Of a DNA stretch of 37,863 bases, positions 1 to 10,633 are shown in pieces (within the stretch, counting starts at the first letter, position 1; every line of letters starts with the position of its first letter). The notes beneath the pieces were generated by a model that made no database searches, was not told the DNA's origin, and worked only from the letters and a program-made list of their open reading frames with translations. Source of the stretch: an uncultured virus (IMG/VR IMGVR_UViG_3300025122_005623) (lineage: Duplodnaviria; Heunggongvirae; Uroviricota; Caudoviricetes); IMG/VR virus record IMGVR_UViG_3300025122_005623; one strand, 5' to 3'. Made by a program: the position numbers and the translations under genes.

Positions 1-140
1 TCACCGTAGATGGAAAAGACTTCTAATACGTCTGCGGCGCCCATATTAGATCCGGTTCCTCTTTGTGTGTCTAAAAGAGAAGATCTATACGCATTTGTAA
101 TCGTATTATCAGTAGTGGCTGTATACCTCTTAATTGCCAT
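1..140 (-). CDS. 5' part of a putative virion/baseplate-region protein (runs off the window edge)
   Basis: ATG at 140-138 overlaps the TAA of the wedge gene (TAATG). Frame is open to the edge: MAIKRYTATTDNTITNAYRSSLLDTQRGTGSNMGAADVLEVFSIYG. Not in the ORF track. Confidence 0.75.
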   Translation of the reverse strand, partial: MAIKRYTATTDNTITNAYRSSLLDTQRGTGSNMGAADVLEVFSIYG

Positions 141-1945
141 TAAACTACACTTCCTTGAATGTCTCTATTAGGAAATTTAATTTCAAATACCGTATCCCTA
201 TCAGCAGTTACATAACGGCCATCATTTGATAAATGCTCCTCAAAGTCAAAAGATGTCCTAGAATATGCACCGCCCGTAGTTTTGGCTACAAACTGAACAT
301 CTAGAACATCAACCACATTGGGTACTTTTTGCAATTCTTTATAAATATCAGTCACAAAAATTGCCTCTCCTATATCAAAGGTATTATTAGTAAAATAATT
401 TTTCAAGCTCAGGGTTGCAGCCTCCAAGGCATTAAATTTGTTTTCACTATAATCTGTAACAATCTTAAAATCAATTCCAAAATTCACTATGCGCGCATTC
501 AAAATATCTATAGTATCATTAATAATTTTGTAGTTAGCTAGCCATGTTCTTAAATTGTTTTTAAGAGTGGTGTTGGTCTCCACTAAAACGCCAGTTGTGT
601 CTTCGGAAATTACATATAAATTTAAATTACGTTTAAATGAATCAAAATCCCTTTCAATGGTGCAACGCTTCACCGCGCCGAAGCTCGGGGGCATAGCATA
701 TACAATTGCTTTATAATCTTGAACCGTTACGGCTCTATTTTGAGCTGCATAAAAACTAAAAACTCGTTGTTTGATCTCATCTGCTGATGGAAGTTCAATA
801 TCGCCCAATATGGGTTCTACATTATTAACCTCTAGTGAATTATTTACTATATTTTGGAGTGACGGATTCAAAGAGTTCTGGGCCTCGAACTCTAAAATGG
901 GAAAACTTACATTTTTCAAAGTATTCGAGGCTATATTAGCGTCTCCCGCATCATTAACCCGATAAAGAATAGTCAGCACTGTATTAGAGGGCGCCACACC
1001 AAACTTATCGGTAGCGGTTAGATTGGTGGGATCAAACTCTTGCTGTGTATAGTAATCGCGCCCGTGACGCTTTAACGTAATAGCGCTAGGATCTACAATC
1101 GATTGATTGGTTAATTCCGAATCGCTCCCGTATCCAAACTGTAGAAACGCTCTATCCCGTGTCTTTTCAAGCACAAATCGACGTGGGACCGGGAGTGCTT
1201 TCAAAATAGACGGTACTACTGCTTTGTCTGAATTATTATTCCGAATCGCTTTAAAAACTATCTCTTGTGCCAAATGATCTACTTCAAAATATTCGTGCCC
1301 TTCGCTGTCGGTAACCGATACAATTTCTGTAACTGCCGGATTTGCGATATCAAGCGTGAGAAATTTTTCAAAATCCTCTATCGTTTCGGTTTGAATTTCG
1401 GTTTTTCCAGATATTACGGTCCCGGTTGCCTTAACAGCAAATTCGGTAGGTACCCCTGTCGTAGAATTAACTTTAGATACTATGACTTCGTTGTTATCGG
1501 CCCCAAAATAAATATCGTCAGTCAATGTAAATAACTGTCCGCTGAGGGAAGTAAATTGACTTCCCGCGCGCAATGTAGGAAAATAGTTAGAATCTGGTAC
1601 TCCAGCACCATCGGCGGGGATCGAAACATAAAATTGTACAAGCCCAGACGAAGAGTTAGAATCGCGATATTTATATCCTAGCTGTCTTGCGATACGTACA
1701 ACATTATCATATTCCAGAGAAGTATCTAAAAAGGATTCATTAACTTGATAATCAAGATAAAAAGAAAGTATATCTCCAATATATGCCACCGAATCTATCA
1801 TCATTGCGCCGAATCCGGCTTCATTAAAATCTTGAAAGCTATCAGCATAATAACGCTTGGCGTAATTCACAAGCTCTAATTTGATTGAATCAAAGTCGCG
1901 ACTGGTATAATTTATTGCTGTTAATTTCTTTTTAGATTTAGCCAT
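140..1945 (-). CDS. Baseplate wedge protein, T4 gp6-like / baseplate J family
   Basis: N-terminal YTSRDFDSIK...DFNEAGFGAMMIDSVAYIGDILSFYLDYQVNESFLDT and C-terminal AQNRAVTVQDY motifs typical of gp6-like wedges; directly downstream of gp25. Confidence 0.9.
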   Translation of the reverse strand: MAKSKKKLTAINYTSRDFDSIKLELVNYAKRYYADSFQDFNEAGFGAMMIDSVAYIGDILSFYLDYQVNESFLDTSLEYDNVVRIARQLGYKYRDSNSSSGLVQFYVSIPADGAGVPDSNYFPTLRAGSQFTSLSGQLFTLTDDIYFGADNNEVIVSKVNSTTGVPTEFAVKATGTVISGKTEIQTETIEDFEKFLTLDIANPAVTEIVSVTDSEGHEYFEVDHLAQEIVFKAIRNNNSDKAVVPSILKALPVPRRFVLEKTRDRAFLQFGYGSDSELTNQSIVDPSAITLKRHGRDYYTQQEFDPTNLTATDKFGVAPSNTVLTILYRVNDAGDANIASNTLKNVSFPILEFEAQNSLNPSLQNIVNNSLEVNNVEPILGDIELPSADEIKQRVFSFYAAQNRAVTVQDYKAIVYAMPPSFGAVKRCTIERDFDSFKRNLNLYVISEDTTGVLVETNTTLKNNLRTWLANYKIINDTIDILNARIVNFGIDFKIVTDYSENKFNALEAATLSLKNYFTNNTFDIGEAIFVTDIYKELQKVPNVVDVLDVQFVAKTTGGAYSRTSFDFEEHLSNDGRYVTADRDTVFEIKFPNRDIQGSVV

Positions 1946-1962
1946 TGATTTTTATCCTTCTA

Positions 1963-2358
1963 TTAAAGCGTGTTTGCGCTACTTCCTATTGTAAGCTGTT
2001 CTAAGTTTCCTCGGGGGGGTATAGAATAATCAATAGTAACTGACAGAAGGTTGTCCTCCCCTTCTATACCACTACCAGGAACAAAAGAAATATCATTTAT
2101 TTCCAAAAATGGCATATATTGATTAACTTGCGATACGATATTTTCAGAAATTTTTGCAAAGGTTGTCTCGGTCATCTGCTCAAAAAAATAACTTCTTAAA
2201 CCAACTCCAAAGTTTATATCCATTACACGCTCGCCAGGGGTTGTCAAAAGAAGATTTTTAAAATTTTGTTTAGCTACTTCTTCTAAAGTTAGATTAGCGG
2301 CATAAGCACCAATAATATTATCTATATAAAGAGGAAACTTGGGAGATAAACCTTTCAC
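1963..2358 (-). CDS. Baseplate wedge subunit, gp25/GPW family
   Basis: QNFKNLLLTTPGERVMDINFGVGL motif; 131 aa; GTG start with AAAGGAAAA upstream. Confidence 0.92.
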   Translation of the reverse strand: MKGLSPKFPLYIDNIIGAYAANLTLEEVAKQNFKNLLLTTPGERVMDINFGVGLRSYFFEQMTETTFAKISENIVSQVNQYMPFLEINDISFVPGSGIEGEDNLLSVTIDYSIPPRGNLEQLTIGSSANTL

Positions 2359-2375
2359 TGTGTTTTCCTTTCAGT

Positions 2376-2395
2376 TTAATTAGTTTATTATATAG
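2376..2395 (-). promoter_or_regulatory. Candidate late-promoter motifs upstream of gp25
   Basis: CTATATAA (2395-2388) and CTAATTAA (2383-2376) in one of the few intergenic gaps; similar 8-mers at 10633-10626 and 36186-36179. Confidence 0.35.
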
Positions 2396-2405
2396 TTCTT
2401 GTTCC

Positions 2406-5400
2406 TTATTCGCATTCAAAACTGGTTTGATCTGCCTCATCGCCGGCGTCGCCGGCGGGACCACCGCCACCAGGCGCCGGGGCGCCGCCACCCGGTGCAC
2501 CGTCCGCAGGTGCTGTCTGTGCCGGGTCAGCGCATGCCCACGTCGAAGTGGGGCTCTCAGATAACTGATCATTCTCGCTGTCCGATCCCAACCCTGCCGG
2601 GGGAGCGGCAAAGTGAGGATCGTCGCCAAGTATACATTCTTCTAGAGCCTTTTGATGATCAAACATTTCTTGTAACTCCTCTGCAGAAAGATCGAAAAGG
2701 ATATACGCCCAACCTAGCGGGCCAGGAGGCAAAATAGCCATATAAGGTAGTGTTCCGATCAAATCAAAACCAAAAGGCTTAAACTTTGGACGCAATGGTT
2801 TTGGCAGCGCTACTAAGTCTGTGTCGACTTGTTCCTGTAGTCTTTCAAGCATGTTGTCGAGGGTACCCTGGCTATCGTACGTTCTTACCATTTGAAACAC
2901 CTGGCCGCTTACATCACGAATTTTTTTACCCACCACAACATGGGGATCAATTAATTCTGCTAATCCTTTTAGAATTAATTTGGGAGTTTCCAGGAACATC
3001 TTTAACAGGAACGACATCCCCATAGCCGCAAACTCGCTAGCGGCCGTTCCAAGAAGTCCAGCAGCGGCTAGCCCTGCTCTCTGTGAGGCCGTCTGAGACT
3101 CTTTATCCACATATGCATAATCATCGCCGGCGAGGGCCGCTTTTAATATAATCCTCAACGATTTTTTAGTGTCATTAAAAATGATATCATACTCGCGGGT
3201 GTCGCCTCCGGTTACCAAAAGTCCATACATAAACAAAAATGTTATAACATCTTTAGCATTAATGGCCTTTCCAAATAATTCTTTAAAGGCTTCGCTCTGG
3301 GCCATCTCGTTGAGTATATTATTTTTATAGTACAAGAAATAATTATTTGTAATGTCGTCACGTATGTACGGTGGCGGAAGAAAGTCTGACCCACGCAGTT
3401 TATTGCTCCACATATAGGGATTTAATAGGTTGCGATCGAGTTTGCTTATAAGTTGGCGGTCAGCTTGTACACTAGTGGGAACAGAAATGCTATACCTGCT
3501 GGAGGCCATCGGCAGAAGAAGTGCACTTTTATTTCTTATTAGCTTTGAAGCCTGACTAACTGGGGTCCGGACTCCCATAATATTAATCAGGCCGTTCATC
3601 AAGTTATGAACTTCAGTACCGTTCGCTGGGTACGACATGCTCGAGTTACTGTTCTCACCGCCGACGGTGAGCATCGAGAGCATTCCGAAGGGCGATGTTG
3701 GAGGAGTATAATATACCACTCGCGATCCAACATTAACATTAGTAACAATTTCGCCCAAAATCTCATCAAGCCATTCATTGTCAGTCCATGTCTCCGAAGC
3801 ATCCGGTGGGGCTAAACCAAGTTGTGCCTCGGTGGGACTGTCTGGCGTCGGCTGCTGCCCGGGCCGGGACTCTCTTTCCGGCTCCTGGCCGGGCAACGCG
3901 AGGAGCCCGGAATCGTCGTCATCGCCAACGCCATAAGATAAAAGAAAGTCCTCCAGGTCATCACGACGTACATTCATCAATGCGGTCATCATGTGAGCTG
4001 AGTACTCGTCAAATGGTACTATGAGCGTCGGCCTTGCGCCCCATGCTTCATCGCCGTCGTCGATGACGGACGGGGACGCGTCATGAACTCCCGGGGTTTT
4101 ATAAATATCAGTTACATCTTCGGCAGTTAGGCTATACCATGGTTGCGCTTCGAAGAAATAGGTCCCGTCCTGGTTCTCGGTACCGAAGTAGGGATCCCCC
4201 TCACTAGGGCCGATATTATCGTCAGCATCGCCGGGATCTTCTTTCCATATAGTAACTTTAACTTTGATATGGTTATTAAAATCTTTATACAAATGCGACA
4301 CGAACTGGTGCGACCAGTGGCCGTGGTCGGAGAGGTGGCTGACCAAGCCAAAATCACTTGGATTATAATTTATATTCTGCACCGCGTCACCGATCACGTA
4401 CTTCCGGCCGCTGGCGACGGTTGGCTCTGAGGCAGTGAATCGTCTAATCAGCTGCGACCGGCTGCCCTCGTGCTTCGCCAGCACACAATCCCAATAGGTG
4501 ACTGTCGAGCCGGCTACACCATTGCAGGGCTCGTCGCCTTCCGCGATGTGGTCGAGCCCCACGCTGGCCGCTTCAAAATCGAACCCGGTTGGGAGATCCG
4601 GATAGGCAACTTTCCTATCCAGTCGTAACTCGCGGGGTTTACTTATTATCACGTCAGACATTGAGGCCTCTTGATTGCCAGACTGCCTATCAGAGTAACC
4701 GACGAACTGGCCGGCGAGGCCGTTGGTGAGGCTCACAGTTCCGTAGTACTCATGCTCATATTCCAGACTATCATATCCGTGGCCTGCACCATATGCATGA
4801 GGGGCATGTTTGGACAGGCTGTCTTCATGGATATCCTGCGCTCCAGGATCCTGGTCGGGGCGCGTGGTGCGTACATCCCTAATCATGTGGCCATCCAGGT
4901 GGTTCAGTCTAATATCGGCGTACCGGATGTCGGACCCTTCGGGGCGGTGGTGCTTCGAAAGAGCGAAGTTAATCCAGTCTTCGTCCTGAACAAACCCGTT
5001 CACGTATGCGCCGCCCGTCATCTGCGACGCGCGTGTAGTCATCATCATACGTTTCATAAAAAATCTTACAGCATCATAATTATCAAGATTCAAAAATCCG
5101 ATGTAGCCCTTGTCGTAGTTGCCGATGCCCGTGACGAGGCCGGCATCGTCTTGCGATATTCCGGTGGCCGGGATGTGGGGGGTGATGAATGCTAGTTTTA
5201 TGGTTCTCAAGAATTTATCTATTTGAGTGGCGCCTAGTTTTGCTTTGAGGCTCTCGTCGTTCAGCCCATTAAGAAAATGATCAAATCTCTCAGTGCTTAC
5301 TACGTGGCGGACCTTGCCGGCAGAATACGCGCCGGGGGGCACGGGGGGGGTTCCTTCCGCAGCAATGAGTGCGCCATTATCATCAACAAAAGCGACGGCA

Positions 5401-8400
5401 GACTCCGGGTGCTTATAGGATACAGCCAGCTCGACATCAGGCAGTAATCTTCGAAAAACGTTTTTAAGTCCTTCCTCGTAGGCGAACTTCATATATGCAT
5501 TCCGAGCGGTGAATGTGCTATTGCCATGGCTGATATCTATAGTGTCGCCGCTTCCATCAATTCGATATCTCATGCCCTCAAGCTTATTATAATCGTAATC
5601 AAAACTAACGTATTTTTCGTTTACAAAAATACCATTATCTTTGGCGTATTCAACCAAGTCCTCCGGTGCAAGTCGCCCGGGCTCGTTTAATTCCCAGAGC
5701 TGGTTACGCAGAGCGCGCCATTCGTCAGTCTCGGAGACGCCCGGCGGCATGTCGCGCTCCAGCCCATTCAATTGCTCAATGAGATTCTCGCGGGCGGCTA
5801 TATCGCTACGACTATACCCAGGAAAAATCATATCATAACTAAATTGAGCCACGGGAGTGTCCTCACTCTCCACACCATCAAAGTGCAGTGGATCTGCTTC
5901 GCCGTGGCGCTCCGGAGAAACCATCGCTCGTAACACTTGGCGCGGTGATCCATCGCCGGAAGTAAAATCAATAGTGTTTTGGTACCCGGTGCCGGCGAGC
6001 AGGTGCATTATTATGTTGTGAGCAGATATACTGGGGGGATTAACCAGAGGAAATACCTGTCGCATAACAATACTATTAAGATTGCCATCTTCATTTCCAA
6101 ATGCAGTCAAGATAGCTGAATTTAAGTTGCCTATCCTCTCCTTTATTATATAATCTAATGCCCAATCCCCGAACGCCGTAGGCAACGTACCTGTTTCCTC
6201 AAAAGTCTGGGCTCCGGTAACTATTTGTGATGGGACTGCCAGGCCGTCGCCGTCCGGATCAAACGGGTTGGATATCATGCGCTCGGCCTCGCCGTGTAAT
6301 TCGGCGCGGCTTATAATCTTTTCTACATAGATAGCGGCCGCTTTTTTAAGATTGTTGAAAGTTGAACCTTCCATCGCCTCGTCGGTACCCAATATTGAAC
6401 TCCTAACTCCTCCAATCAGCTGCTCTGTGACCAGAGGGTTATAGGCGTATTCACTAAAGCCGTATATCGATACAAGAAATATATTTCTTAGTAACTGCTC
6501 TAAAAGAAGTACTTGAATATAAGCATTCATCACAGTAAAAATTATTGTATCCTCAACGGGCCCTACTACGCAGTCCCGGTCCGTACAAGCATTGTCAGCA
6601 AATTCTTGAAGCCCTTTTAACTTTAGACTGTCAATATCAAAAAGTCCCCTACCCTGTGGCGAAAATTTCCCGTCTGGGCACGGTACTGGCTCTAGGGATA
6701 GCCTCTTTACATTGTCGGCAATAAAAAGCGGAGACTTTCGTATTTGATAGGCAGCCATATTTACAAAAGAAAGCATCGACGGCATATACATACTATATCG
6801 CGACACCATTTTAAATACATCGACGACGGCGCCAGAACCCTCTCCGGGAAGTGCCTTATTTCCGGTGTTAAATCGATCGACCAAGTTCTTAAATGTATTA
6901 TGATAATAATAAGAGGTTGTTGGATCAGGAAAGATGATGGGGTTCTCGGGGGCATAAAACCCGTTGTCCGGATCAAAATCATTATTAATAGAACCACCTG
7001 TCCAAATACGGTTCGGTACGCCGTGGGGGGGGCCATGAGGCCCGTCACCGGTTTCATTCTCGGGAAAACGAGATATAGCATAACTTACGCTCTGGCTACT
7101 ACCGGGCGGAGTTACTCCAAATGCAAAGTTTTCCGTAGCCTCGCGTTGAGATCCCCCAACTTGAAAGTTTGTTACCAGCGGAACTTCATCAGTTCCCAAA
7201 GCCTCATAGGCGGTGCCCAAGGGAGAAACTACTTTATAAGTTATTTGTGTCTGGCGCGCGGCTTCTCCCTCTTGAAATAAAATACCTAATTTTTGTATCT
7301 CTGGGTTGGCCGCCAATTGAGAAGCGGCACCGGGCGCGCCAGAAGGAGGGCTATCCAGATTTTGCATAAAGTCTTCGGCGCCGGCTACTGCGTTAGGGTT
7401 GGGGTCCCGGTCCTGTGGAAACGGTAATAGTCCCGCTTCTTCCAGCGCTCTTTGTTCATTTGCCGACATCCAACCATAGTCCGGCTTTAATAAAAGAGGC
7501 TTCAAGTTCCCCAGATCATTAATAAAATTAATTTTAGGTATTTCAAAAATCGCATCCATCAAAGTCGAAATAGAATGGGCAAAGGGCGGCATGGCAGTTA
7601 ATGATGGCACTACACCGGCACCACAATTGAGGTTGGGAGTTCCAAGGTCTTCAATATCTTCCAACAAATCATTATAAAAATCTATAACATCATTAAAGTC
7701 CGCGTCGGCATCCAGAAGCTCCAAACAGACATCTAAATTCTCTGGTACTTCAAAAGGTGGTTGGGAAAGGATAGAGTCACAATAATCCGGCGAGACCATC
7801 TCTCCGATGCAAGAAAAGAAATTTATAACTTCCGAACGACTAGCTAACGCTGCCTGTAATGTAGCTAAATTTGTTTCAGTATTTATTAAGCCCCGAATAA
7901 TCTCTAAAACCTCGCGAGAGGGCGCGCCGTTTATAAGACGACAACTTTCTCTAGCGCTAATATTGTGAGATAGGAGCTCTAGAAATGTATTGCCAGTTTC
8001 TACATTAATACCGTATTCCTCATAGCACCCCTCTAGGGTGGGAGGAACCGCTTTATAATCGTTGGATATATTAGGAAATTCATTGATGGCCTGAGTTAGT
8101 GGTACGCCATCTCCCGGATCTTCGCTAGCCTTACACGCCTCAACTATTAAATCTGCAACAGCACCGAGAACACCAACCAACGTCTTGAGGGCGGCTTCTT
8201 TAAGGGCGCTCTTGATTTGCTCGGTTATTTCTTTATTAATATTAATTACTGGAAGTGTGGTAGGTAATTTAGGTATGCGTGGTATCTTGGGGGGCCCCGG
8301 AAGTTGATAAGGATCGACTCCTGGGATGGGAGGCATCTGGCCCGCTGGGATGCCGGCCTTAATCGCTATACATTCGAAGGCAGCCCAAATAAGCCGATCA

Positions 8401-9638
8401 AGGCCATATTTATTTAAAAATCGCCTTACAAGCTTTTCGGCACTATTAATTTTTTTAATGGCTTCGCCAATCTTAGTAAACTTCCCTTCAACATCTTTCC
8501 GCTTATCTTCCACCCCCTGGTTGAAAGCCTCAATATTTTTTGCTGGATCGTTTAACTGCTCGTCCTGGGCGCGTATCTGCTTAGGAGTTTGGAAAAGCTT
8601 ATTGACAGCCTTTTCTTCCTGTGTCCATATATTGGGGAGCGTCTCCGAGTGGGGGGCGCCGAAAAAATCGATTGTTACGTTTGCGGTTGTTAGATATGCT
8701 TCGATAAACCGCGACCAAGTTAAGGCTTTTTTTCGTTGTCTATATATTCCATTTAAATTATATAACAGTTCCGAGGCTACTCTTTGAGTATCTTCATTTT
8801 GCTTCCAATAAAATTCATAACCCTTCGTTAGGGCAATCGTGCGTCCTTTTTGTTGTAGCTGAATTAAAACTACATTATAATCTTCATCAAAATTGATAGT
8901 AAGAGCATCGTCTTCATTTAATCTTAATTGACGCCCATTAAATTGTACAAAATCTTCTAGCTGATCAAATAATAAAACTAATTTATTATGTTCTTCTTTA
9001 AAGTCTATATAGGGCGAGACACGGCCATCAAAAAATTTAGCTTGCTTATTATATATATCAAAAAGTGGTTTAAGCGCTGTTATTTTCTTCCCTATCTTTC
9101 CGGAGGAATAGGCGCCCGTTTTATCAATGCTAGACAGGTTAAAATCGGCTTCTCGCAGATTTTCTAATTCCTCGAGCCGATTCTCGGCGATGGTATATTT
9201 TATCAGTGGCTTTAAATACATTCTAGAGGGAAAATGTACTTCTAGATTCGCCGCGATGTTCGTGTCCGAGAAGGGCTGCATACCGTGTAATGAGAGAAGC
9301 CACGAGTACATCTTCTCGATGTCGCCGAGGCCCCAGGTGAAACTGAAACGGTGATGAAGCAGTTTTTTCCCATAATAACTTAGAATTTTATCTATCGCCC
9401 CATAAGCAACAGAAGAATCACCCCAGTACGTTGGATACCATTTTTCGTAAGCCGACGACCACTCATAGCCGGGCGGAGGACTATTAATATCTGATGGCTC
9501 TAACATCGCGGTAGGGCCTTTCACAATAATATGAATAACTTTCTGAGTCTCCCCGGGGTGCAAAGGTCCGGCCGGCACAACCTCTTCCCAGGGTTTGTTT
9601 ATTTCGCGATTGTACCATAAACGAGTAATAGTGGCCAT
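2406..9638 (-). CDS. Very large hypothetical protein (2410 aa), probably virion-associated
   Basis: Uninterrupted 7.2 kb ORF between the spike and gp25 genes; no catalytic motif recognised; Pro-rich linker and acidic Gly/Pro/Ala-rich C-terminal tail. Confidence 0.8.
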   Translation of the reverse strand: MATITRLWYNREINKPWEEVVPAGPLHPGETQKVIHIIVKGPTAMLEPSDINSPPPGYEWSSAYEKWYPTYWGDSSVAYGAIDKILSYYGKKLLHHRFSFTWGLGDIEKMYSWLLSLHGMQPFSDTNIAANLEVHFPSRMYLKPLIKYTIAENRLEELENLREADFNLSSIDKTGAYSSGKIGKKITALKPLFDIYNKQAKFFDGRVSPYIDFKEEHNKLVLLFDQLEDFVQFNGRQLRLNEDDALTINFDEDYNVVLIQLQQKGRTIALTKGYEFYWKQNEDTQRVASELLYNLNGIYRQRKKALTWSRFIEAYLTTANVTIDFFGAPHSETLPNIWTQEEKAVNKLFQTPKQIRAQDEQLNDPAKNIEAFNQGVEDKRKDVEGKFTKIGEAIKKINSAEKLVRRFLNKYGLDRLIWAAFECIAIKAGIPAGQMPPIPGVDPYQLPGPPKIPRIPKLPTTLPVININKEITEQIKSALKEAALKTLVGVLGAVADLIVEACKASEDPGDGVPLTQAINEFPNISNDYKAVPPTLEGCYEEYGINVETGNTFLELLSHNISARESCRLINGAPSREVLEIIRGLINTETNLATLQAALASRSEVINFFSCIGEMVSPDYCDSILSQPPFEVPENLDVCLELLDADADFNDVIDFYNDLLEDIEDLGTPNLNCGAGVVPSLTAMPPFAHSISTLMDAIFEIPKINFINDLGNLKPLLLKPDYGWMSANEQRALEEAGLLPFPQDRDPNPNAVAGAEDFMQNLDSPPSGAPGAASQLAANPEIQKLGILFQEGEAARQTQITYKVVSPLGTAYEALGTDEVPLVTNFQVGGSQREATENFAFGVTPPGSSQSVSYAISRFPENETGDGPHGPPHGVPNRIWTGGSINNDFDPDNGFYAPENPIIFPDPTTSYYYHNTFKNLVDRFNTGNKALPGEGSGAVVDVFKMVSRYSMYMPSMLSFVNMAAYQIRKSPLFIADNVKRLSLEPVPCPDGKFSPQGRGLFDIDSLKLKGLQEFADNACTDRDCVVGPVEDTIIFTVMNAYIQVLLLEQLLRNIFLVSIYGFSEYAYNPLVTEQLIGGVRSSILGTDEAMEGSTFNNLKKAAAIYVEKIISRAELHGEAERMISNPFDPDGDGLAVPSQIVTGAQTFEETGTLPTAFGDWALDYIIKERIGNLNSAILTAFGNEDGNLNSIVMRQVFPLVNPPSISAHNIIMHLLAGTGYQNTIDFTSGDGSPRQVLRAMVSPERHGEADPLHFDGVESEDTPVAQFSYDMIFPGYSRSDIAARENLIEQLNGLERDMPPGVSETDEWRALRNQLWELNEPGRLAPEDLVEYAKDNGIFVNEKYVSFDYDYNKLEGMRYRIDGSGDTIDISHGNSTFTARNAYMKFAYEEGLKNVFRRLLPDVELAVSYKHPESAVAFVDDNGALIAAEGTPPVPPGAYSAGKVRHVVSTERFDHFLNGLNDESLKAKLGATQIDKFLRTIKLAFITPHIPATGISQDDAGLVTGIGNYDKGYIGFLNLDNYDAVRFFMKRMMMTTRASQMTGGAYVNGFVQDEDWINFALSKHHRPEGSDIRYADIRLNHLDGHMIRDVRTTRPDQDPGAQDIHEDSLSKHAPHAYGAGHGYDSLEYEHEYYGTVSLTNGLAGQFVGYSDRQSGNQEASMSDVIISKPRELRLDRKVAYPDLPTGFDFEAASVGLDHIAEGDEPCNGVAGSTVTYWDCVLAKHEGSRSQLIRRFTASEPTVASGRKYVIGDAVQNINYNPSDFGLVSHLSDHGHWSHQFVSHLYKDFNNHIKVKVTIWKEDPGDADDNIGPSEGDPYFGTENQDGTYFFEAQPWYSLTAEDVTDIYKTPGVHDASPSVIDDGDEAWGARPTLIVPFDEYSAHMMTALMNVRRDDLEDFLLSYGVGDDDDSGLLALPGQEPERESRPGQQPTPDSPTEAQLGLAPPDASETWTDNEWLDEILGEIVTNVNVGSRVVYYTPPTSPFGMLSMLTVGGENSNSSMSYPANGTEVHNLMNGLINIMGVRTPVSQASKLIRNKSALLLPMASSRYSISVPTSVQADRQLISKLDRNLLNPYMWSNKLRGSDFLPPPYIRDDITNNYFLYYKNNILNEMAQSEAFKELFGKAINAKDVITFLFMYGLLVTGGDTREYDIIFNDTKKSLRIILKAALAGDDYAYVDKESQTASQRAGLAAAGLLGTAASEFAAMGMSFLLKMFLETPKLILKGLAELIDPHVVVGKKIRDVSGQVFQMVRTYDSQGTLDNMLERLQEQVDTDLVALPKPLRPKFKPFGFDLIGTLPYMAILPPGPLGWAYILFDLSAEELQEMFDHQKALEECILGDDPHFAAPPAGLGSDSENDQLSESPTSTWACADPAQTAPADGAPGGGAPAPGGGGPAGDAGDEADQTSFECE

Positions 9639-9647
9639 AATAATTCT

Positions 9648-10622
9648 TTAGTTCGTATTGTTGTAAGCGCTACATATATAAGAATCTGCAACTGTGCTCA
9701 AATAATTTTGCTGCCAAGTGGCCAAGTTCGTTTGGTGTGAAATAATTGAAAGTTCTGTTTGGGCGGTTTCCTGAATTATGCTTTTTACGCCCCTGGCCAT
9801 CATCATAAAAGGAGGGGATGTATCTAATTGTTTCGACGCGGTTGGCTGAAAAGGAGATATATGAGTATGCGAGAGCGCTGCATCATTAAAGGATCGTTGA
9901 TATTTCACAAATGAGTAAAGTATTTCTCGTAAATCTTCTATTTGCTCAACTAATTCGGTTAAGCCATTAACAAGATTACATCCCTTAACTAGCGGCTGAA
10001 GATCTTCGTCAGTGTTTCCGGCGATCAAATCTATACCGTTAATGGCCGCCTGACGTTCTCCCTGAGAATCTCGCGTGTCTGTTCCGGTTACCAATTTTAT
10101 ACCACTTCGGGCTACTAAACGAATATCATCGGCCTTCAGTGCAATGGCCGATTGCGCGATGCTATCTCCGACGGTGCCCTCTACAAGCTCAAAATATTCA
10201 TCAATATTGGCTTTTTGACTCACATACATTCTTGCTGCGTCAATCTTAAAGTCGGGATTAGCGTAGACAGGTTCTCCTTCCTCATCACACTCTCGCGCAT
10301 AAGTCCCCATCCGGCCAACGACCAAATCGATTGCTGCACATTGTGTATGACATGCACCGCCGTAACCACTCGTAACCGCCGAGGACCGATCGACTCCTAA
10401 AACTATCCACGCATTTCGATCGTTTTTATAAACCACTTCGGCTTTCGCTTGACGATAATCAGGAACCGGTTCTAAAGAAGGTCCACACCCGCATCCCGAA
10501 TATTTAACAAAAAACTCCAGAGGCATCTTTCTAATGCTCTCCTTGGTATCCTGACAAAGATTTGATAAATCAATAGGCTTTTTTCGCTTAGGTATGGTAT
10601 ATTTTTTATGAAGACTGGACAT
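9648..10622 (-). CDS. Putative baseplate central spike, gp5/gpV C-terminal-like part
   Basis: Alternating beta-strand pattern (NAWIVLGVDR, SAIALKADDIRLVARSGIKLVTG), then QPLVKG plus helix, then an HTH (LSHTHISP) resembling the HxH metal-binding spike motif; baseplate context. Confidence 0.55.
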   Translation of the reverse strand: MSSLHKKYTIPKRKKPIDLSNLCQDTKESIRKMPLEFFVKYSGCGCGPSLEPVPDYRQAKAEVVYKNDRNAWIVLGVDRSSAVTSGYGGACHTQCAAIDLVVGRMGTYARECDEEGEPVYANPDFKIDAARMYVSQKANIDEYFELVEGTVGDSIAQSAIALKADDIRLVARSGIKLVTGTDTRDSQGERQAAINGIDLIAGNTDEDLQPLVKGCNLVNGLTELVEQIEDLREILYSFVKYQRSFNDAALSHTHISPFQPTASKQLDTSPPFMMMARGVKSIIQETAQTELSIISHQTNLATWQQNYLSTVADSYICSAYNNTN

Positions 10623-10633
10623 AATTTAAGTGG

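Noticed and set aside
2437..2520. GC-rich quasi-palindromic stretch (possible hairpin or repeat)
   Set aside because: Explained by Gly/Pro/Ala codons of the low-complexity protein tail; lies inside the CDS with no following U-tract.
2318..2629. 103-aa minus-strand ORF overlapping the giant gene and gp25
   Set aside because: An Arg/Pro-rich alternative-frame product of the GC-rich tail; overlaps two better genes.
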